Notes under the pieces: generated by a model
Databases searched by the model: none
What the model was told of the DNA's origin: nothing
The model's input: the letters and a program-made list of their open reading frames with translations, nothing else
Position numbers and translations under genes: made by a program
Source: an uncultured Bacillota bacterium
GTDB taxonomy: Bacteria; Bacillota_I; Bacilli_A; RFN20; CAG-288
Length of the DNA: 64,000 bases
Reading direction: 5' to 3'
Assembly (NCBI GenBank): GCA_949282275.1
Contig: CASDOO010000033.1
Coordinates: 15,592-79,591 of the forward strand
In this document: piece by piece, positions 53,078 to 62,275 of the stretch
Position numbering within the stretch: the stretch's first letter is position 1
Layout: each line of letters opens with the position of its first letter

Positions 53078-54061
53078 ATGATAACGGATGCGGACATCAA
53101 GACTCTACGCAAGCAATTCCGAGAGCTGGAAAAGAAGATAGAAGCCTATGATCGCATCGTCGTGTATCGCCATACTTCCCCGGATTTCGATGCCCTGGGC
53201 TCCCAGATGGGACTTGTCACCTGGATTCGGGAAAACTTCCCGCAGAAGGTTGTCCATTTCGTCGGAGACAATCATCCCGATCTCATGCCGGGCCTCTTCC
53301 CTTATGCTGAAGAAGTCGAGGAATCCTTCTTCCATTCCGAGCACCTTGCCATCACCGTCGATGTCGGTGACAGAAAGCGGGTTGCCATGGACCATCTTTC
53401 CTTTGCCAAGGAAGTCATCAAGATCGACCATCATGAATTGCCTTCGCCGGAGCTGGATTTCGGCACGGAACGCATCATCTATCCCAAAAGGCCTGCGGCA
53501 AGCGAGCTCATTGCGCTTTTCGCCTTGTCTCGCGGAAGGAAAAGGAAGCTTTCAAGGGAAGCCGCGACATACCTCTATTGCGGTATCGTCGGCGACACGG
53601 GTCGCTTCCTTTACCAGGATACGGATGGCGCAACGCTCCGCATTGCCGCGGACTTGCTTGACCTTGGCGTCCAAAAGGACGAGCTCTATCGCCGGATGTA
53701 CCAGACCGATGCCCGTAAGCTTGCAATCCTTCGCTATTGCCTGGAAACGTACAAGGTGACGGATAAGGGAACCTGTTATTTCGTCTTCGAACCGGAAACC
53801 TTGGACAGGCTGAACATGACGACCTTGGACGGAAACCTGCATATCAATGTCTTCCGCGAGATGAAGGGAATCCGTGCCGTCGTATCGGCGACATACGATC
53901 CCGCAAGGAAAGACTATCGCGTCAGCGTCCGTTCGGCGACTCTTGTCTTGCGTCCGGCGGTGGTCAAGTTCAACGGCGGCGGCCATGATTATGCCGCCGG
54001 TTGTCGCTTGAAGAGCCTGGACGAGCTTCCGCTCCTACTTGCGGAGATTGACAAGCTCTAG
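53078..54061 (+). CDS. nrnA: DHH-family phosphoesterase (NrnA-like oligoribonuclease / pAp phosphatase)
   Basis: HTSPDFDALGS (motif I-II), ITVDVGD, KIDHHE (DHH) and GGGHDYAAG (DHHA1). GGAGGA lies 7 nt before ATG 53078. The track start at 53018 is a TTG. Confidence 0.88.
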   Translation: MITDADIKTLRKQFRELEKKIEAYDRIVVYRHTSPDFDALGSQMGLVTWIRENFPQKVVHFVGDNHPDLMPGLFPYAEEVEESFFHSEHLAITVDVGDRKRVAMDHLSFAKEVIKIDHHELPSPELDFGTERIIYPKRPAASELIALFALSRGRKRKLSREAATYLYCGIVGDTGRFLYQDTDGATLRIAADLLDLGVQKDELYRRMYQTDARKLAILRYCLETYKVTDKGTCYFVFEPETLDRLNMTTLDGNLHINVFREMKGIRAVVSATYDPARKDYRVSVRSATLVLRPAVVKFNGGGHDYAAGCRLKSLDELPLLLAEIDKL

Positions 54062-54868
54062 AAGATCGGCAATCGATGAAGCCGAAAAGACGCTGTCATT
54101 TGAATAGTCGACATAGGTGAAGCCGGATTCGGCTTCGCCTTTTTCGAAACCGAAGACTTGCTTGAAGGAATTATTGTCCAGGCGTTCGATATCCTCGTCG
54201 ATTGCCGCAATGCCATCAAGAGAGAGTGATGGAAGGGAAGAGGAGAATTCGGTAAAATCCGAAACAAGGTCCGTTTGGATATAAAGGATGTTTCCCTTGT
54301 CTTTGCTTGTCATTTCCAAAAAAGGAGAAACTGGAAGAATGTCCTCTTCCACAGTGGTGACACAGGGTTCAAGCTCATAGGATGGATAGAATGCGGAAGA
54401 GAAATCGGGATTGGAATGGACGGAAAGAAAATCCACGGGAAGAACCATGACGTTGTTTTCCATGAAAGAGTTGAAGGATTCTTCGGCTGTCGTGAAATCG
54501 AAGGTTTCGGCAAGAATGCCGTCTCGATAAAGGACAATGCTCGAGTTCTCGAGATGGCTTCCCGTGGCCGAGGCGTAGTCGCCATAGATGCAATAGGGAA
54601 GAAGGGCATTTGTCCTTGCCAGGAAGGAATCGACATAATAGGTGAATGTTTCGCAGGTGGAACATCCGGGAACATAGACGAAAAGGGCGAAAGAGGCTTT
54701 CCTTTCGATCATGTCGGCAAGGACGTCTCCGCAATTCCAGGAAAGGCGTTGCCTTTCGCCGTCGTTTTCGAAAGCGACGGGGCAGGTCAGCAAAGGTATC
54801 CTTTCCACTGTCGTCGACTGACAGGACGACAAGAGAAGGATTGGGAGAAGGAAAATGGCTTTTTTCAT
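54035..54868 (-). CDS. Lipoprotein with a thioredoxin-like CxxC module
   Basis: Lipobox MKKAIFLLPILLLSSC. VYVPGCSTCETF is a CxxC in a Trx-like context. The 3' end overlaps the convergent nrnA end by 27 nt. Confidence 0.75.
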   Translation of the reverse strand: MKKAIFLLPILLLSSCQSTTVERIPLLTCPVAFENDGERQRLSWNCGDVLADMIERKASFALFVYVPGCSTCETFTYYVDSFLARTNALLPYCIYGDYASATGSHLENSSIVLYRDGILAETFDFTTAEESFNSFMENNVMVLPVDFLSVHSNPDFSSAFYPSYELEPCVTTVEEDILPVSPFLEMTSKDKGNILYIQTDLVSDFTEFSSSLPSLSLDGIAAIDEDIERLDNNSFKQVFGFEKGEAESGFTYVDYSNDSVFSASSIADLLELVNLRK

Positions 54869-55986
54869 AGATTCTCCTTGAGGTATTCCAGACAGGCGTT
54901 GACCTCGTATTCGCCGGCCTTCTTCTGAAGTTCCTCCAAGGCCTTCGGGAAGTTTTCCGATGTGGTCGTCGGCACCTTGGTATCGCTTTTCAGAAGGAGG
55001 ACTTCCGGATAGAAAGACTGGCCATAGGAAAGGCGGTAATCCTCCCTGATTCCGGGGTTGAGGTCATTGCGGAAAACGGAGAGGGTGTGGCCATCCGGTC
55101 CATAGGTGACCATGGTCGGGGCAACGCCGGCAATGTTTCCGAGGCTGTCCACGACGGGATAATCCGCCAGATGGTATTTTTCCGAAAAGGCACTGAATTT
55201 CTTGAGGCCTTCGATGTTGAGCTGGTCGTTTGTCGAACGCTTGAGCAGGTAATATCCATCCAATTCATAGAAATAGACGGGATCATGATCGTTCTCCATG
55301 AGATAGGGATAGAGAACCTTTTCCTTGTATTCGATGCAGTCCTGACAGCGTCGCCAGGTATAGAGGATATTGATTTTCTTCGTGTCGGCTTCCTCAAGGA
55401 GTTGGTCGAGACGGCTTGTCCCATAGCCTAGGCTGTCGATTTCTTCCGCCTTGTCCCAATAATAGGAACCGCTCTTCGTCGGGATGACGTCATTCAGGCA
55501 ATAGTTTTCTAAGTCCAGGAAATGGGAAAGGATTTCCTCTTTGACATGATCGCTTGAATAGCCGCCCTTGGCATCGATGGCCTGTCCATCGCGGAAATAA
55601 AGAAACGTCGGGGTGACGCGGACCTCAGGATAGAGAAAGGCATAGGGGCCGACCCTGTTGTCCTGGGAATCGTAATTGACCTTGTAGGTCAGGAAATCAA
55701 CCGTGTAGATGAGGTAGTGCTCTTCCGCGATAAGCTCGTTCAAAATGGGATAGAGCCTTTCGCAGGCCGAACAGGAAGTTCCCGTGACGATCACAAGGGC
55801 ATCGTCGAAACGGGCAATGCTGTCCAATTCCTCGGATGTCTGGATTTCGACATAGGAGTCGATGCCCGGGCTTTTGTAGGCGAGGATCTTGTCTCCCATC
55901 TTGTCACGGAAGCCGCTTTCTTGCGGAGAGCACGAAAAAAGGGTGAGAAGGATCGTCGGCACGAAAATCAAATGCTTTGCTTTCAT
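54865..55986 (-). CDS. Lipoprotein with two thioredoxin-like CxxC modules
   Basis: Lipobox MKAKHLIFVPTILLTLFSC, with VTGTSCSACERLYPIL and YTWRRCQDCIEYKE. It has a 4-nt overlap with the downstream paralogue. Confidence 0.75.
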   Translation of the reverse strand: MKAKHLIFVPTILLTLFSCSPQESGFRDKMGDKILAYKSPGIDSYVEIQTSEELDSIARFDDALVIVTGTSCSACERLYPILNELIAEEHYLIYTVDFLTYKVNYDSQDNRVGPYAFLYPEVRVTPTFLYFRDGQAIDAKGGYSSDHVKEEILSHFLDLENYCLNDVIPTKSGSYYWDKAEEIDSLGYGTSRLDQLLEEADTKKINILYTWRRCQDCIEYKEKVLYPYLMENDHDPVYFYELDGYYLLKRSTNDQLNIEGLKKFSAFSEKYHLADYPVVDSLGNIAGVAPTMVTYGPDGHTLSVFRNDLNPGIREDYRLSYGQSFYPEVLLLKSDTKVPTTTSENFPKALEELQKKAGEYEVNACLEYLKENL

Positions 55987-56036
55987 GGATATACCTCTCT
56001 CACCCTAAATTTGAAACGAATGTGGAAAAAGGAAAA

Positions 56037-57293
56037 TCAGAGATCCAAGACGCGGGCCGTATCCAAGGCGATCATGAGCTCCTCGTCGGTCGGGATGACG
56101 ACGACGGGGATGCGGCTGTCGCGCGTGGAAATGAAGCCTTCCTTTCCGAGGATGACTTCCTGGTTCTTTTCCATGTCGATCTTCACGCCCAAGGCTTCCT
56201 GGCAGTCGGCAAAGGAATCTTCGCGGTAAAGCGGGGCGTTTTCGAAGACGCCACCGGCGCAGACGATCATGTCGACATGGCCAAGCTTTCCGTGGTACAT
56301 GCAAAGATAGTCGGCGATTTTCTGGCAGTACATCTCGACGGCAAGGGTGGAACGGATATCGCCCCTTTCATAGGCCTTTTCGACATCGCGGGTATCGTTG
56401 GAGATTCCGGAAACGCCAATCATTCCGGAGGAGTGGTTAAAGATTTCGTAGATTTCGTCGGCGCTCTTTCCGGTGCAGGACATGAGATAGGGCATGATGG
56501 AGGGGTCGATGTCTCCGGTCCTGGTTCCCATCATGACGCCGGCAAGAGGGGTAAGACCCATGGAAGTGGCGATGCACTTGCCGTCCTTGATGGCACAGAC
56601 GGACGCACCGCTTCCGATATGGAGGGTGATGATGTTGGTATGTTCGTTTCCCTCAAGATATTCCTCGCGGGCAATGGTCGAGAGGTATTTGTGGCTTGTT
56701 CCGTGTGCGCCATACCGGCGGACGGAATATTTTTCGTAGTATTCGAACGGAAGAGGATAGAGGAACTCCTTGGGCTTCATCGACTGGTGAAATGCCGTGT
56801 CAAAGACGGCGACTTGGCCGACGGAGGCGGGAAGGACCTTCCGGAAGGCTTCGAAGCAGGTGATGTGGGCAGGATTGTGAAGCGGGGCAAGAGGGATGAG
56901 GGAACGGATCTTTTCCTCGGTTTCGTCATTGAAGAGAGCGGAGTCCTTGAAATACTTTCCGCCCTGGACGATACGATGGCCGACGGCGGTAATCTCGTCG
57001 ATACTGGAGATAATGCCATTCTCAATCATGCCATCCATGACAAGATGGACGGCGTAATCATGATCGGCGACGGGAAGGGTGATGGTCTTCTTGAAGCCAT
57101 TGGGCTTCTTTATCGTGAAAATGCCGTCTTGGTGGCCGATTCTCTCCACGATGCCGGAAGTCAAAACCGTAAGATGGCTTCCCTTGTCGCGAAGCTTCTT
57201 TTCGCGAAGGGCGGAATCGTCCATCTCATAGAGCTTGAACTTGAGCGAAGAGGAACCGGCATTGACGCACATGATCTTGTAAGTCTTTGGCAT
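56037..57293 (-). CDS. ackA: Acetate kinase
   Basis: 418 aa, MPKTYKIMCVNAGSSSLKFKLY..., plus HRIVQGG and GAHGTSH motifs. Confidence 0.96.
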   Translation of the reverse strand: MPKTYKIMCVNAGSSSLKFKLYEMDDSALREKKLRDKGSHLTVLTSGIVERIGHQDGIFTIKKPNGFKKTITLPVADHDYAVHLVMDGMIENGIISSIDEITAVGHRIVQGGKYFKDSALFNDETEEKIRSLIPLAPLHNPAHITCFEAFRKVLPASVGQVAVFDTAFHQSMKPKEFLYPLPFEYYEKYSVRRYGAHGTSHKYLSTIAREEYLEGNEHTNIITLHIGSGASVCAIKDGKCIATSMGLTPLAGVMMGTRTGDIDPSIMPYLMSCTGKSADEIYEIFNHSSGMIGVSGISNDTRDVEKAYERGDIRSTLAVEMYCQKIADYLCMYHGKLGHVDMIVCAGGVFENAPLYREDSFADCQEALGVKIDMEKNQEVILGKEGFISTRDSRIPVVVIPTDEELMIALDTARVLDL

Positions 57294-57450
57294 TGCTATC
57301 TCCTTAAAACCGAGAACTATGAATTCCCGCCTATTTTAGGCTTTTATTAGTCTAAAGTAAAATGAGATTGCTTTGAATAACCCAATTTCCTTAAAACAGG
57401 TTGCATTTTATGCTACAATCGGAAAAGATTGAGAACTGGAGGCAAGCATC

Positions 57451-59352
57451 ATGCCTGATTTTTCTTTCTTGGACCAATACCTTGAAGGACATTTGCCGGA
57501 AGCCTACAAATATCTCGGCGTCCATAAGGGGAAAATGAATGGACGAGAAGGGTACTTTTTTAGGGTGTATGCCCCAATGGCAAAGGATGTTTCCGTCATC
57601 GGGGAATTCAACGACTGGAAACCGGAAAAAGGACGGATGCAGAAAGTGGATTTCCGGGGCCTCTACGAGCTTTTTGTCCCGAATGCCAAGGAATTCCAGA
57701 AATACAAGTTCCATATCCTGGGATGCGACGGTTTCTGGAAAGACAAACAGGATCCCTTTGCTTTCTTGGATCAAGTTCGAGAAGATGGTTGTTCCGAAAT
57801 CTACGACTATACGAAGATTTCGATCTCGGATTCCGAATTTCTGAAGAAGAGAGATAGGAATTTTGACAAACCCATGTCGATTTTCGAATTTCACATGGGA
57901 ACGTTCAAGAGGAAGGCTGACGGCTCCGAGTACACGTATTCGGAACTTGCCGATATCTTGATTCCCTATATCAAGGACATGGGTTATACCCATGTCGAGG
58001 CTTTGCCGATCACGGCCTATCCAAATGACAAGTCCTGGGGTTACCAGGCCTTGGGATATTTTGCCGTCGACAAACGCTGGGGCAATCCGGACGATTTTGC
58101 CATCTTCGTCGAAAAGCTTCACAAGAACGGCATCGGCATAATTTTGGACTTTGTCCCGGTTCACTTTGCCCTAGACAGCTTTGGCCTCGAAAGGTTTGAC
58201 GGTTCCTGCGTTTTCGAATATTCCAACGAGCACGAGTTTTCCCAGTGGGGAACGAAGAATTTCGATCTCGGGAAGGATCCCGTGCGTAGTTTCCTTATTT
58301 CCTCCGTTTTCTACTATGCCCAGGTGTTCCATGTCGATGGTTTTCGTTTCGATGCCGTCAGCAACATCATCTATTGGGACGGCAACTCGGAGCTTGGCGT
58401 CAATACCGGTGCAGTCGAATTCGTCAAGAGGGTCAATGGCTATGTCCATGCCCTCCTTCCCGACGTGATGATGATTGCCGAGGACTCTTCTGCCTATGGC
58501 CATGTCACAAAGGGCGGTTTCGACGAAGGTTTGGGATTCGACTACAAGTGGGATCTCGGGTGGATGAACGATACGCTCAAGTACTATTCCAAGGATCCCG
58601 TCTATCGGAAGTATGCACATAATCAGTTGACATTCTCTATGGCTTACTTCTATTCGGAGAATTTCGTTCTTCCCCTTAGTCATGATGAAGTCGTCCACAT
58701 GAAAGGGTCCATCGTCAACAAGATGTTCGGTTCCTATGAAAACAAGTTTGCGAACGTCCGGAATCTTTATGCATACCAGTTCGCCCATCCGGGCAAGAAG
58801 CTCAACTTCATGGGGAACGAAATCGGTTCCTTCGACGAATGGAAGGAATGGCAGCCAGTAGCCTTCGAGGTCCTGAAGTATCCCAAGCACAAGGGCATAC
58901 AGAATCTTATTCGTGATCTGAACGGCATCTATACCCGCTACAAGGCCTTCTACCAGGAAGAATACAATCCCATCCACTTTAGTTGGATCATGGCCGACAA
59001 TGCCGACCAGAGTGTTTATGTCTTCCGCCGGGAATCGGGCGAGGAGTGCATTGTCTGCATTTTCAACATGACGCCGAACTTCTATTGGGATTACGAAATC
59101 GGCGTTCCCTACGATGGTGTCTATGAGGAAATCCTCAATACCGACAAGTCTTGTTATGGCGGATGGAACCAGTTCAACGAAAATCCAATCGTCACGCATG
59201 GAAAGGGAATCCACAACCAAAACCACAAGATCACGCTCAAGCTGCCTTCCTTCGGTGCCATTTATCTCCGATACGACAAGAAGCAGCTCGAGAAGCCTAG
59301 GCCCCGTCTCTTCAAGGATGGCCAGGAAAGGAAGGAAAGATCGCAGGCATAG
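57451..59352 (+). CDS. glgB: 1,4-alpha-glucan branching enzyme
   Basis: 633 aa with GYTHVEALPI, WGYQALGYFA, VDGFRFDAV and SHDEV, which are GH13 conserved regions. Confidence 0.95.
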   Translation: MPDFSFLDQYLEGHLPEAYKYLGVHKGKMNGREGYFFRVYAPMAKDVSVIGEFNDWKPEKGRMQKVDFRGLYELFVPNAKEFQKYKFHILGCDGFWKDKQDPFAFLDQVREDGCSEIYDYTKISISDSEFLKKRDRNFDKPMSIFEFHMGTFKRKADGSEYTYSELADILIPYIKDMGYTHVEALPITAYPNDKSWGYQALGYFAVDKRWGNPDDFAIFVEKLHKNGIGIILDFVPVHFALDSFGLERFDGSCVFEYSNEHEFSQWGTKNFDLGKDPVRSFLISSVFYYAQVFHVDGFRFDAVSNIIYWDGNSELGVNTGAVEFVKRVNGYVHALLPDVMMIAEDSSAYGHVTKGGFDEGLGFDYKWDLGWMNDTLKYYSKDPVYRKYAHNQLTFSMAYFYSENFVLPLSHDEVVHMKGSIVNKMFGSYENKFANVRNLYAYQFAHPGKKLNFMGNEIGSFDEWKEWQPVAFEVLKYPKHKGIQNLIRDLNGIYTRYKAFYQEEYNPIHFSWIMADNADQSVYVFRRESGEECIVCIFNMTPNFYWDYEIGVPYDGVYEEILNTDKSCYGGWNQFNENPIVTHGKGIHNQNHKITLKLPSFGAIYLRYDKKQLEKPRPRLFKDGQERKERSQA

Positions 59353-59376
59353 TGCGATCCGGAAAGGAAACAAAAG

Positions 59377-61818
59377 ATGATCGATATCAAGTCCGGGAAA
59401 GAATTCAAGGAATATTTCAAGAATGACTTCGTTCAGCGATGTGTCGGAAAGTATGGGCGCGATCCGGAAAAGCTAAGCTACAATGAACTCTATGACGTTT
59501 TGGGCACGATCATCCGCGACTACGCCAACGTCGACAGCAAGACCTGCAAGGAACTGACTTCCACCGGCGGGAAGAAGCAGCTGATCTATTTCTCGATGGA
59601 GTTCCTCATGGGCAGGGAACTGAGCACTAACCTTTATAACATGGGAATCCTCGACGAGGTCCGGGAGGCCTTGAAGGAACTGAACATCGATTTCGACAAG
59701 CTGAAGGAAGAGGAACCGGATGCCGGTCTTGGGAATGGCGGCCTTGGAAGGCTGGCGGCTTGCTTCATGGATTCCATTGCCTCCCTTGGCCTGCCCGGCC
59801 ACGGAAACTGCATCCGCTATGAGTATGGCTTTTTCCGGCAGAAAATCCGCAATGGCCGGCAGGAGGAATATCCGGACACTTGGCTTCTTGATGGCTTCCC
59901 TTGGGAAATCCGGAAGCTGACCGACGCCGTGACGGTGAAATTCTATGGAACGCCGGAAACCTATCGCGATGAGACGGGCGAAGTCCATTGGCGGACCACG
60001 AACGCCTATTCCGTCCTTGCCGTCCCTTACGACGTCCCCGTCATCGGCTATCGGAACAAGGTCACGAACACTTTGCGTCTTTGGTATGCCGAACCTTCCA
60101 CGGAAGAACTGCCGACGGCCGAGAATTTCACGGGCTACCTGAAATTCATTCGCGATATCACGCACGGACTTTATCCGGATGATTCGACGGAAGAGGGAAA
60201 GCTTCTGCGCCTGCGGCAACAGTATTTCCTGATTTCTGCCGGCATCCAGTTTGCGGTCAAGCGCGAGAAGGAACTCTACGGAACGCTTGACAATTTCTCC
60301 GACCATTATGTTTTCCAGCTTAACGATACCCATCCTATCATGGCAATACCCGAGCTCATGCGCATCCTGATGGACGAGAATGGCTATGGCTGGGATGCGG
60401 CCTTCGAAATCTGCAAGAAGAGCTTTGCCTTTACCAACCATACCGTCATGCCGGAAGCATTGGAAAAATGGCCTTGCCGCTATATCGCATCGGTTGCCCC
60501 GCGTGTCTATATGATCATCGAGGAAATCAACCGCCGGAGTCTCATGATGATGCGTGAAAAGGCGATTCCGGAAGACAAGATCAGCAATTGCCTTATCATC
60601 AAGGACGGCAATGTCAACATGTGCCAGTTGGCCATCCACGTGGCCTATTCCGTCAACGGCGTTGCAAACCTCCATACCGAAATCCTCAAGGCACAGACCT
60701 TCAAGGATCTCTATGCCCTTTACCCGGAGAAATTCAACAACAAGACCAATGGAATCTCCCATCGTCGCTTCCTTCTTGTCGCAAATCCCAAGCTTTCGGG
60801 ATATCTCCAGGGCTTGATAGGCGATGGCTTTGTCACCAATCCGGAAAGGCTTCGCGATTTGCTTCCCTTGTGCGATGGAAAAGCGGAGCATGTCGAAATC
60901 TATCGGCATCTCAACGAGATAAAGAGGGAAAACAAGTTCCGGCTTATTGATTTGGTCAAAAGAGAGAATGGCATGGAAATTTCTCCCGATTCCATTTTTG
61001 ATGTCCAGATCAAGAGATTGCATGCCTATAAGCGTCAGCTTCTCAATATTTTCCGAATCATCCATCTCTATCTCAAGCTTAAGGCGGACCCCAAGGCCAG
61101 CATCTTCCCGCATACCTATATTTTCGGCGCCAAGGCAGCGCCAAGCTATACATACGCCAAGAAAATCATCGAGCTCATTCTTGCCGTCAGCAGGACCATC
61201 GATGCCGACCCTGCGATTCGCAAGATGATAAAAGTCGTTTTCATCGAGAACTATGGCGTGAGCAAGGCGGAAGTCATCATTCCGGCAAGCGATATTTCGG
61301 AACAGATTTCCCTTGCCGGCAAGGAGGCCAGTGGCACATCGAACATGAAATTCATGATGAATGGCGCCATTACCTTGGGCACGCTTGATGGCGCGAATGT
61401 CGAGATTGCCAATCTTGTCGGTCCGGAAAACGCGGTCATCTTCGGCATGAAAGAAGAGGAAGTCAAGAACATCAAGTTCACGAATTCCTACAATCCTTGG
61501 GATGTCTACAACAGGGAGCCGCAAGTCAAGGCGGTCATGGATTCCCTTATCGATGGCACTTTCTCCCCGGATAGGGAGCAGTTCCGCATGATCTATGACG
61601 AAATCATGTATCATGGCGATGAATTCATGAATCTTGCGGATTTCCCAAGCTATCTCAAGGCTTCCAAGAACATCGAATCGCTCTATCTTGAAAGAGATGA
61701 ATGGGGAAGGAAGTGCCTGGTGAATATCGCCAATTCCGGCTGGTTCAGTTCCGACCGGACCATCAGCGAGTACAATCGCGACATTTGGAAGCTGAAGAAG
61801 ATCCGCCAAGATGATTGA
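59377..61818 (+). CDS. glgP: Glycogen/maltodextrin phosphorylase
   Basis: 813 aa with GLGNGGLGRLAACF and the PLP site EASGTSNMKFMMNGA. Confidence 0.96.
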   Translation: MIDIKSGKEFKEYFKNDFVQRCVGKYGRDPEKLSYNELYDVLGTIIRDYANVDSKTCKELTSTGGKKQLIYFSMEFLMGRELSTNLYNMGILDEVREALKELNIDFDKLKEEEPDAGLGNGGLGRLAACFMDSIASLGLPGHGNCIRYEYGFFRQKIRNGRQEEYPDTWLLDGFPWEIRKLTDAVTVKFYGTPETYRDETGEVHWRTTNAYSVLAVPYDVPVIGYRNKVTNTLRLWYAEPSTEELPTAENFTGYLKFIRDITHGLYPDDSTEEGKLLRLRQQYFLISAGIQFAVKREKELYGTLDNFSDHYVFQLNDTHPIMAIPELMRILMDENGYGWDAAFEICKKSFAFTNHTVMPEALEKWPCRYIASVAPRVYMIIEEINRRSLMMMREKAIPEDKISNCLIIKDGNVNMCQLAIHVAYSVNGVANLHTEILKAQTFKDLYALYPEKFNNKTNGISHRRFLLVANPKLSGYLQGLIGDGFVTNPERLRDLLPLCDGKAEHVEIYRHLNEIKRENKFRLIDLVKRENGMEISPDSIFDVQIKRLHAYKRQLLNIFRIIHLYLKLKADPKASIFPHTYIFGAKAAPSYTYAKKIIELILAVSRTIDADPAIRKMIKVVFIENYGVSKAEVIIPASDISEQISLAGKEASGTSNMKFMMNGAITLGTLDGANVEIANLVGPENAVIFGMKEEEVKNIKFTNSYNPWDVYNREPQVKAVMDSLIDGTFSPDREQFRMIYDEIMYHGDEFMNLADFPSYLKASKNIESLYLERDEWGRKCLVNIANSGWFSSDRTISEYNRDIWKLKKIRQDD

Positions 61819-62182
61819 CCTGACAAAGAGAATCCAAAGCTGCCGAGAAGATGGAACAAAGGGGGATAGTCTGAGAATATACCGTCTCCACGTCCGCATA
61901 CTTTCCCTCCTCTCCGAAGGTCGGACGGTTTCCGCGGAAAAGCTTGTCTCCGGTTTTGATGAGCTTCTTTCCGCATTCGTTCCTGTTCTTGCCGAAAGCT
62001 TCCATTCGTTGAGCTTTGACGAGGAAGATATCGTCTTGCTGAAGAATTCCTGCTTTTCCAATGTCTTTTCCTCTCTCTTGCTTTTTGGCAAATACGAAAG
62101 CGCGAATCGAAAGAATCCGCTTATTCTCATCGACTGCCTCAAGCGAATTCTTTGCGCAAGCAGGGCCTTTGCCGAGGACTAA
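61811..62182 (+). CDS. Hypothetical protein (123 aa)
   Basis: The ATG overlaps the glgP stop by 8 nt. Codon usage (ctt/tcc/gac-rich) resembles the neighbours, and it ends just before the tig promoter. It has no recognisable motif, and an 889-codon antisense shadow ORF also covers the region. Confidence 0.4.
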   Translation: MIDLTKRIQSCREDGTKGDSLRIYRLHVRILSLLSEGRTVSAEKLVSGFDELLSAFVPVLAESFHSLSFDEEDIVLLKNSCFSNVFSSLLLFGKYESANRKNPLILIDCLKRILCASRAFAED

Positions 62183-62198
62183 TACTTCTGCCTCCAAC

Positions 62199-62227
62199 TT
62201 GAAAACCCTTACGCCCATACCTATAAT
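62199..62227 (+). promoter_or_regulatory. Near-consensus tig promoter
   Basis: TTGAAA (62199-62204), a 17-nt spacer, then TATAAT (62222-62227). TAGGAGA lies upstream of ATG 62276. Confidence 0.55.
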
Positions 62228-62275
62228 AAATAAGCCGTTTTTTGCATATTTATCAGAAAGATAGGAGAAAAACAA

